Of a stretch of 21,048 nt of DNA, positions 1 through 10,558 are shown piece after piece; the stretch's first letter is position 1, and the number at the start of each line of letters is the position of its first letter. The position numbers were made by a program, and so were the translations under genes. Where the stretch lies: positions 1 through 21,048 of the forward strand of contig NIVC01005212.1 in the NCBI GenBank assembly GCA_002269645.1. Reading direction: 5' to 3'. The stretch comes from Macrostomum lignano. Its lineage: Eukaryota. A model generated the notes under the pieces. It worked only from the letters and a program-made list of their open reading frames with translations, had not been told where the DNA came from and made no database searches.

Positions 1-2998
1 GAAGTACCAGAGTCCACTTAGTTTGAGATTGGTATAAGTTTAAAAATCTAAAATTAGTAATTAAGTCTCTAGATAATGTAGTTTTTATCAAAAGCACAGA
101 TGATAAAAATATAATTGATTATTAGCTCTTAGTAAGCTCATACCTGACCAGGTTGGCAAATCTAATATAGACATCACGTCGCAGGTTAAATCCTTCTCCA
201 TAGTTAACATCATATAGCAAATAGCTGGTTCTAAAATAAGATTATATATTTATGCATTTGAGTATTTGTTATGAACAAATGTGAATGCCTTCAAATATAG
301 TAAAAAATCATTATTAAAAGCCTTTAATATAAAAAAAATCATTTTTTAAATAGCATATCTAAAAGTCTATCTAAAAATCTAAAAGAAATCAATTGACATT
401 GTATTTCAAACAAGAAAATATAAATATTAGCAGCAACTTGTAATGATAAAATATTGATCCACAGTTTAGATATTTCTATTATTAAAATTATAAGGATAAA
501 AAACTAATTTTTTAGTCACAAACTATTTAAAAAAATCTTAAAAATGCCCTAACATAAAAGTATGTAGAAAAGGTAAAACTCTCAGCCAGATTTATAAATT
601 CAAACCTTAATCCGTCGGCGCCCAGGATTTTAAGATTATTTAATAGCATTATTGAAAAACAGAAAGATATCCAGACTGAATTCATCTTTAATCTTTACTC
701 ATACGTCTCACGAAGAACTAAAAATCAACAAAAGATACTCCGAATCTCCGACACTGATAAAAACAGATGAAGAGAAATAGAGCAAGCGATTTCCTGGAAT
801 CGATTGCGTTTCAAAAAGTTTCCTTTGAAATATCACACTAAGAAGTTAATGTAAATGTAACTTTCAATGCGCATTTTACTGAAAGCAATTGAGTACTTGC
901 AATCAAATATGCTTTCCATCTATGGTTCATAGTTAATTTTGAAGCGCCAGTGGCTGCGCAAAGGAATAAAAAACTTCCTTTCCGTTTAATCCGATTTAGA
1001 CTTTAATCCGTTTCCAATTTTTTTAAAAGAATAACTGAAAGCCAATAGTTTCTGCATTATAAAAATCTAAAATATAAACTAAGCTTGTTAATTAAACGCT
1101 TGCAAAAATAACGATAATTTACCACATAATTTGTTAGTCTAGCGGCAAAATGTGTTCGCGAAAAAATTCAAACGAAATAAAGAAATTTCGAAATTTATAT
1201 AACTAATAGCTATTATTATTACTATTATTTTTGGTGAGTGAATTCTTTACTAACTACCGGGGGTGAAAGTTATAACTTTCAACTCAAGCCTCAAGTAAAA
1301 AGAAAAATTAATACATCGAGAAATACTAAACGAGTCAATGTTTGAATAGAGCCTTGCTGAGGAGCTTATTTTTTATAGAAAATGCCTTTTATTCAATGCT
1401 TTACTGCTTGATTTTGTTATTTTTAGATGATTATGCATGCGAGTCCATAATCATAATCATTATCATTACGAGTCCATGACAAGCCTTAGGCTTAACTCTA
1501 TTTTTACTATGACTATTAGAATTTATCCTTGAATGATTGAGTTTATGCCTAAATTATCCTCTAGCATAGAGGAGGCTATAGAAGAGATAGTTCTCTAGCA
1601 TAAGAAATATACTGGGTTCATTTTTGCCATTAGGCATTAATATGGTTTATGACTAGGTGTATAAAGTTATATTTGCTTAGGGCTAGGCACAAAATGAATT
1701 TATTGGCATAAGTAAAAATTGTATTTTATGCCATTTAGCATAAAATTGGTGTTTTTTGGGGAGGGGTGAATAATTTTTTTTGGTGTCCTAGCATCTAGGT
1801 TAAAAACCATATATGATTTTGATTATGTGCACTATTTGGCAAGATTTTGCCTACAAGAATCCTAAAATAGTATAATATCAAAGAAAAAATAATGAAAAGT
1901 ATTAACATAAATGCTAGGACTAAACCTAAAGAAAAGGTTTTGGCTAGAATAAAAACATTATAGACTAGTTTACTTGAAATATATGGGGAAATCCTTTTTA
2001 GTTAGATGCAAATCTAGAAAATTTTGAATTTGGTAGGGGCATAGAATATATTTTTAATTATTTATTTATTTAATAATGTATTATTAGCATAAAAATCAAA
2101 TCTAAATTTTAGGGGCATGTACCCTTTTCACCCCTTTAAATTGACTATTGAAATATATACAAAGCATAATATTGTAAGATATGTTAAAAGCATTCTAATT
2201 CTCTATTTAATTTTTTCTTGGAAATTTACTTAAAGATTTGTCTTTATTAAATTATTTCTGAATATGAGCAATTATAACTGATTAATATTCAAAACTATTA
2301 TTTTTAAAAATGCTTTGCTTATATTATTTGGGCAAATCTGTGTATCTAAATATTTATAAAAATTTTAATACTATCAAGTTATAATATAAATGATTGCATA
2401 AATAAATTTATTTATTTTATTTTATTGTACTTAAATTTTGATATTCTATACCAAATATATTCTATATACTAAAAATATTGGTAGGTAGGTGGGTATCTAT
2501 ATGATTGATTAGAGAAAAAAGGCTTAACTGGTTTTGTTTGAACTTGCTCTGTTCAATTTAAAATTTTTCCATGACAGTGCATGCAATGTGGCTAATAAAT
2601 TGCTTGATGCTAATTGTAGTCTAAATATATAATAGGAAATAAAAAGCCATTAAATTAATTCTTCTGAATATATATTTTACCAATGCTATAAATAATAAAA
2701 CTTATAGGTATTTAGAACTATCAACTTAGTGTTAGCACTTGCAAAATGTGATAATTTTTTTTGAGTATTGTTGGAATCATGAATCTAAATTATTATCAGT
2801 CTGTACACTTTTCGTTTATAAAAAGACATACTGCAACATTAATACTTCACATTTACCTTGACTTTAGCATGAAAATAATATAACATGATTGATCAGAGGA
2901 TATATTTCTTTCTAAACTATTCAATAAATGAAAAAGCTGTAACAAATGGTTACTTAAAGGGTTTTTCAGTTTCATTCATGTATTGTTTACTTCATTAC

Positions 2999-3151
2999 AG
3001 TCCGTGGCTGCTTGGAGCTGCAGTACAAAGTCAGGCAATTCAGCACAGGGGCACCAGTCCACACAGCCAAGCTGCCGCAGCCCCATAGGATTATAGCGCT
3101 GCACTAGCTAAGTCACCAGTGCAGTTGGTTATCGATTAGCTATGCAGACTA
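2999..3151 (+). other. Putative 3' splice (cis or trans) acceptor at 2999-3000 followed by a 5' UTR segment
   Basis: The pyrimidine-rich run tgtttacttcattacAG ends at 3000, where composition jumps from very AT-rich to GC-balanced. No transcript evidence. Confidence 0.45.
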
Positions 3152-4022
3152 ATGGTAAGAGGCTGCCATTGTGAACGGCTCGAGCAGCAACGGCCCCACG
3201 CAACAGACGCCTGTTTGCAGTGTTGCCATCGACACTCCATCGACAGCGCCGTCGCTGCCGCCAGCAGAGTCCGAATCGGCACCGGAGTCAACCGCGGCGA
3301 CGGGCGATTTCGAACTGCACGAGAAGCCGGCCGCTTTGCCAGCTCAAAATTCTTTGCACCAGGCGGCCCCGTCAGGCCAAACAGCCTGCGAATGGCCGAA
3401 CCACCGCCTCCGCAAGTGCCCCTTCAGCAGCCGCAGCATCTGTTGCCGCTGCCGCCTCATCTGCAGCCGTTGCAATCATTGCAGCCAGTTGGCGAGCACA
3501 TTGTTATGGTCCACGTTGGCGCCGGCGAGACTTTCTGTGTCCGAGTTGGAGACCAAATCCAGCATGTCCGCGGCCCGGCCACTGTCCGAATGGTGTCCAA
3601 TAGCGGGCCGCCGCTGCCTATGCCTATGCAGGTGCCGCCAGGCCACCTAGTACAGCAGATTGTAGACGAGAATGGCATTTTAACTCACGTGATTCTGTCG
3701 CCGCAGCACGCGCCGTCGCATCACGCATCTCCCGGTCCAGCCTATTATCCGCCCGCCGGAGTGATGGCGGCCGGTCATCACCTACTGCCGGGGCCCGCTG
3801 CGATGGCTCCGCCGCAGCCTAACCCGCCGCCGCAGCAGCCCCAGCAGCAGCAGCAGCAGCCCTACGTGGTGAGCTCGGCCCAGCAGGTCATGTGCAGCAG
3901 CGGAGTCGGCGGCGGCGGCGGCCTGTCTCCAATCCCGTGCAATTATGCGATTTCGCCGCAGGCGTCTCCAGCTAGCGCGATTGGCGCCGGACTTGGCGGC
4001 GCTGCCAGCAGTCTTGGAGGGC
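3152..4022 (+). CDS. FNDC3: FNDC3 coding exon 1: N-terminal conserved motif plus P/Q/H/G-rich region
   Basis: The ORF contains the FNDC3 N-terminal motif (about 3500-3700). Donor C|GTGAGT at 4023, phase 1. The start is uncertain: ATG 3152 with two compensating indels, or ATG 3392. Confidence 0.85.
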
Positions 4023-7000
4023 GTGAGTTGTTTTTCTCTTAGTTTAATAACTTCTCAATGATGTTTTGCTTTTTTTCGGAATGGCTTTGAGTGTATAGCC
4101 GATTTGGATTGACAGCTGAAATTGTTGACTGTATTATTGACTTGCATCTTAATAGCATTACGAGATGCTGTACGCACTCTCACACAGGGTGTACAGCAGC
4201 CCTGACTTTCTAATCGTCAGGCATGTACAATCTCTGTGCTTTGGGGGTTGGCCCTCATGGCTTTTGAATCGCACGACAACCCCAATTTGTTTCTGTACGG
4301 AATCGAACCCGGGGTCGCTTTCGTCTTGCTTGCCTGCAGGTTAAGCAGAACTGGAAGCGGTTAGTACATCGCAGTTGAATAAGGCTGCTTGCGTCACCCC
4401 TGCATACTGCTTTGGGTATAATGTGCCTGTGCCAGTAGATCAGGGCCTGCGTCGTTAGTTAAGTTAAGCAAGCAAGTTAAGCAGAGTTGGCAGCGGTTAG
4501 GCTGCTTGCGTCGCCCCCTTCCCGTGCATTCGCAGTGAACGAGTGTTCGTCGTAGGAGTCCCAAGCGTATTTTATGTATATTTTTATTTATAGAATAAAT
4601 ATAATAGAATAAGTATGAAATTAGTAACAAAACTTGATAGAAACTATAATAGTAGATTTCCTATAGCAGCATTTTGGGACAGGTGGGAACAAGACGGTGA
4701 AGGAGCGTGGAGGCTAGGCAGGCTGGGCTGGTCCGCTCGCCCCCTCCGGTGTCTGGCAGACCTGGCCGAGCCAAATTTAGCTTTCTGGGTTATGGGGCGG
4801 CTGGCTTCCCCGTCTCCCCCGCCCTCTGTTCCGCTGCTCGCCCTAAGGCCCCGGGGTCTCTCGCTTCCTCTTTCTCCACTGCTCCCTTCCCTGTCCTTCT
4901 TTCTCTTCGCCCTCCCCCCACAGCCAGCCAGCAACTTCTGCAGCCCGGCCGCCCATCTAGCAGCCCTGTTGGCAGGCCTATATTTGCTTCTCCATCGGCA
5001 GCTGGATGCCTGCCTCTTTTCTCTCTCTCTCACCCCGCTGCTCCTCTCGTATCAGCAGCCTGGGGGGCCAAAGTCGGGGCCTGAGCGGTGGCCACCTTCT
5101 CCCTGCTGGCTGGGAAAATCGCATCGCCAAAGAGGACAGGGCGATATAGACGCGGATGCAGAGGCGGCGGCGCATTCTCGGGCTTGACTTAGCCGCTTCT
5201 CTTCTTATATGCTTCTATTATATCACTATCGAGAAAGAGAGAAAGCACCAGACGAAGCAATATACTTAGCTTGTATATCAATATGTGCTCTAAAAATAAG
5301 CTACTTACAGCAGTCTGCTCTTATATTACTTCTCTCTGATGCGGCTTGCTCTCTCTATCTCCGTTGCCGGACTACGCCTTAACATAGTGCTCGATGAATC
5401 TGTGATCAATAATGATAATGCTTCGGGTGTATCAACTGAATTGCGTGATGCTCATATTTGTTATTGAGATTGCTAGTGGCTCTTAAAAGTATATCTTTTA
5501 ATTACAGTTTACAACTAGACTTTATGCTTAGGCAAAGTACGAGTCCACAGTATGTTAAATCTAATTGATTTCCGCTAGAAATTAATTTTACAGTTTGCAG
5601 AGCACTTTACCTATTTCTTTTGTTTGGGTGCTGCACCTGTTGATTGGCGTAAGGAAATCAATTCCAACTCAGTTTCTTATTTGCCTTGGAAATATTTGGG
5701 ATTGCGTCGTTCCTTCATTAATTTTTATTCCCCTCTTCAATGAATAGGACTTGGTGAGTCTGTTGACTTTGGTGTGCCTACCAGAGGAGAGAGCTGAGGG
5801 ACAGTCGACATTCGGCAGATAAGGGGAGAGGACAGACAGATAGGACGACAGGAGACACATAAGAGGACAGGAGACACACAAGAGGACAGGAGACACATGA
5901 GAGGACAGGAGACACACAAGAGGACAGGAGACACATAAGAGGACAGGAGACACATAAGAGGACAGGAGACACAAAAGAGGACAGGAGACACAAAAGAGGA
6001 CAGGAGACACACAAGAGGACAGGAGACACATGAGAGGACAGGAGACACATAAGAGGACAGGAGACACAAAAGAGGACAGGAGACACAAAAGAGGACAGGA
6101 GACACAAAAGAGGACAGGAGACACATAAGAGGACAGGAGACACATAAGAGGACAGGAGACACACAAGAGAACAGGAGACACACAAGAGGACAGGAGACAC
6201 ACAAGAGGACAGGAGACACATAAGAGGACAGGAGACACATGAGAGGACAGGAGACACATGAGAGGACAAGAGAGACATAAGAGGACAGGAGACACATAAG
6301 AGGACAGGAGACACATGAGAGGACAAGAGAGACATAAGAGGACAGGAGACACATAAGAGGACAGGAGACACAAAAGAGGACAGGAGACACATAAGAGGAC
6401 AGGAGACACATAAGAGGACAGGAGACACAAAAGAGGACAGGAGACACATAAGAGGACAGGAAACACATGAGAGGACAGGAGACACATGAGAGGACAGGAG
6501 ACACAAAAGAGGACAGGAGACACATAAGAGGACAGGAGACACATGAGAGGACAGGAGACACATGAGAGGACAAGAGAGACATAAGAGGACAGGAGACACA
6601 TAAGAGGACAGGAGACACAAAAGAGGACAGGAGACACAAAAGAGGACAGGAGACACATAAGAGGACAGGAGACACATAAGAGGACAGGAGACACATAAGA
6701 GGACAGGAAACACATGAGAGGACAGGAGACACATGAGAGGACAGGAGACACAAAAGAGGACAGGAGACACATAAGAGGACAGGAGACACATAAGAGGACA
6801 GGAGACACATGAGAGGACAGGAGACACAAAAGAGGACAGGAGACACAAAAGAGGACAGGAGACACATAAGAGGACAGGAGACACATAAGAGGACAGGAGA
6901 CACAAAAGAGGACAGGAGACACATAAGAGGACAGGAGACACATGAGAGGACAGTAGAGACATAAGAGGACAGGAGACACATAAGAGGACAGGAGACACAT

Positions 7001-10000
7001 AAGAGGACAGGAGACACATAAGAGGACAGGAGACACACAAGAGGACAGGAGACACACAAGAGGACAGGAGACACATAAGAGGACAGGAGACACATACTAT
7101 TTTGAGTCCAGTTATGCATTTACACGAGTAATGCATTAAAAAAAATTATCGAATGCATTTCATGAATACTGAACGATTCGAGAGCGCAATTTGTCGCTCG
7201 TGAAAAAAATGGACCCTAGCAGAGGGCAGAAGCCTATTGGGAATGTAGAAGTTGTAGAAATGTCTGAGTAGAGATATTTTGTGTGCACTAAAAGCTGCTA
7301 GAAAAATATTGGACTGTTGCTTTTAATGCATAAAAACACAGGTCCAGAAAAGTATTGAAATTTGTTAGTAATGAAGCGTTACTAATCATATAGATTTATT
7401 CGCTTCATGCGAAAGGTCTAACTGGGTTCAAGTGTACGGTACTGTACTTTCTGTTGATTTTATGCGCTCTTATGTGGGGGGGGATGCATGGTGCTGCTCT
7501 TATCGCTGCTCGCATTTGCTACTGTATCCAGCTAATCTTATTAGTTTTTTATTGCACTGCTTTTATGTATAATAGATTTTCTGTAACTATTTTTTTTCTG
7601 TTTGCAATATGATGTTTTGAACGTTTTTACACAATCAATTTATTGTCTTTTTTATTTTTGAATTCTCAAATTTCTCAGCAACCTCGCTAATGATGGACGA
7701 TCGAACTGAGAGGCACAAGTGCAAGGTGCAGCATCGGCTGAAGAATCGTAGGGCTCAGCAGCAGCAGCAGCATCAGCAGCAGCAGCAGGCACAGATGCCG
7801 CCGCCTCTTGTTGATCAGCAGCTAAGAAGGAAGCGGCCGTCACCTCGAGGTGAGATTCCGGTCAAGGGCGTCTGTAAAATCTTTGAATTTTACAATCTAT
7901 TTAGGGTTTATAAAGTGTGGGGAATGTGAAGTTTGTGCGGATGTAAACTTATCGGCAATGTGAAGATTAAGGAATAAGAAGTTTGGGGAATATAAAGATT
8001 GGAGAATCTGAAGGTTGGGGAATCTGAAGATTGGAGAATCTGAAGGTTGGGGAATCTGAAGTTTGGAGAACATAAAGATTGGGGAATTTAAAGGTTGAAG
8101 AATCCATAGGTTAAGGAATCTGAAGGTTGGAGAACATGAAAGTTCGGGAATTTGAAGATAGGAGAATCTGAAGATTGGGGAATCTAAAGGTTAAAGAATC
8201 TAAAGGTTGTGGAATCTGAAGGTTGGAGAACATGAAAGTTCGGGAATTTGAAGATAGGAGAATCTGAAGATTGGGGAATCTAAAGGTTAAAGAATCTAAA
8301 GGTTGTGGAATCTGAAGTTGGAGAACATGAAAGTTCGGGAATTTGAAGATAGGAGAATCTGAAGATTGGGGAATCTAAAGATTGGGGAATCTTAAGATTG
8401 GGGAATCTAAAGATTGGGGAATCTAAAGATTGGGGAATCTAAAGATTGGGGAATCTTAAGATTGGGGAATCTAAAGATTGGGGAATCTAAAGATTGGGGA
8501 ATCTAAAGATTGGGGAATCTAAAGATTGGGGAATCTAAAGATTGGGGAATCTAAAGATTGGGGAATCTAAAGATTGGGGAATCTAAAGATTGGGGAATCT
8601 AAAGATTGGGGAATCTAAAGATTGGGGAATCTAAAGATTGGGGAATCTAAAGATTGGGGAATCTAAAGGTTAAAGAATCTAAAGGTTGTGGAATCTAAAG
8701 ATTGGGGAATCTAAAGATTGGGGAATCTAAAGGTTAAAGAATCTAAAGGTTGTGGAATCTGAAGGTTGGAGAACATGAAAGTTTGGGAATTCGAAGATTC
8801 GGAAATCTGAAGTTTGGCAAGTCTGTGAAGGTGGGGGAATGTTAGTTCTTGGGAATGAGAGTTTAGAGTTTAAAGTTTAGGGAATGTGATGAAGTTCAAT
8901 GAGTCCCCAAATCCGAAATTCGAGGATATTAGCTCGTCAAGTTCTGGGAATGTTGGGAGAAAGCTTAGCTGCGATTGTGACTGGCGGACTGTAAAAAAAG
9001 CCTCTGTTTAAGTCAGATGTACGTTGTGTATTTGATTTTGCCTACAGTGACGGACAGAAGTTGGGCGGATATTCGTCTGAATTTTTGTCATAATAAAAAA
9101 TCCAGACAGACGGACAGGCGGACAAACGGACATAATTGAGTTAATCAGAAGAAAAATTTTCTCTTTAATGATTTTTGCTGCCGCCATCGGCGCCTTCAAT
9201 CAGGCAGTCAGCCGCATTGACAGAATTCAAAACTGTCTGTCTAGATGTAGAAGAGGAGAATAAGGAAGCTGATGCAGGCCGGCTGTCCGACCATTACTAT
9301 TGGACCCGTGCCAAGCGGAATCTAGAAATACAGAGTCAGAGCTGCCGTGCAGTTTTCAATAGCTCAACCTCTTCTCTCTCTCCCTTGAAATTGTCAAGAC
9401 GCAAGCGCGTTAAAGAAAGTAGAAAGTTTCTGCAGAGCGCCGGCTGCGTGACTTTTCTAAGGAAACAATTTGGAGCATTACAAAATATAACATTATATTC
9501 GGTAATCCATCAAGTCGAAACTTGAAGAATAATCACCGTTGCCTCGTCATTTCTTTCGTTATCGACAAATGGTCTCGGTGCCTCTTATCCACTTTTCTCT
9601 CCCTTTTCTATTTTTTGGGAGAAATTCACATTTTCAGCACTTAAAAGGGCACCTATATTTCTCTTGCTGCCTCCCCTCTCCCGGTTTTCCTTGATCTTGA
9701 CTGCTTTCCATCTATTGCTTCTAATGGGTGCCATCAATGCTTTGGCGCCTTGCCAGCCTCTATCTCTACGATGGCCCTCTCTAATCCGCTTGCCACTTCG
9801 CGCTTCCCCCTCCCCTCTCCCTCTCTATCTCCCTGTCCTGTCCTGTCCGCATCAGCTGAAAATCAACGGTTCTCCTTTCCAATTTCTCTCCAATAGCTTC
9901 TTCTCTCGCTGCAGCGGCTCTCTTCTCTCTTTTTTCTCAAAAAGTATCAAAGGAGGCGGGGGCGGCGGTCGGTCTCCGTCCGATAATTCGGTCTGCTACG

Positions 10001-10012
10001 AGCTACAGTTTG

Positions 10013-10090
<78 letters not shown>

Positions 10091-10478
10091 CCTCTCGTTT
10101 TGATGCTCTATATTAGCTATATTGAATATAATGGTAGATTTTAATCAGCAACAGATAGTCGCGCCGATCGCTACGCACACGCTCTACGCAATAGTTTCAG
10201 GTGCCCTCATAGAGCGAGAATTGCACATCATGAATAATGAATAAAAATATTTTTTTACTATTATATTTCGACTGTCTTGAAGTCTGTTAGTTCTAGCGTT
10301 CCTGTTGTACTTTCAAGTTCATAAATAATAATTGTAATAAATCCTTTGCGCGTACGTTGCGCACTTATATAGATACAAGCCACCCAGACACAGCTATCGT
10401 AGCCTTTCGCTTGTGCCTACCGGATGCGCTTTGATCCCGTCCTCCCCGGCTGTATGCCTTTTTCTCTCCGCTCTGTTT

Positions 10479-10558
<80 letters not shown>

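Noticed and set aside
3220-3678. Overlapping ORFs 3220-3603 (+) and 3457-3678 (-), and similar ORFs over exons 2-6
   Set aside because: Shadow frames of GC-rich, CAG-rich coding exons.
4285-4330. Intact tRNA gene
   Set aside because: Only a B-box/T-loop-like motif is present; no A-box, acceptor stem or anticodon arm can be built.
5669-7136. Three 450-474 aa Cys/Leu/Ser-rich ORFs on the minus strand
   Set aside because: All three frames give the same 19-aa periodic peptide because a stop-free 19-bp unit cycles through the frames. They are antisense within an intron and are repeat artefacts.
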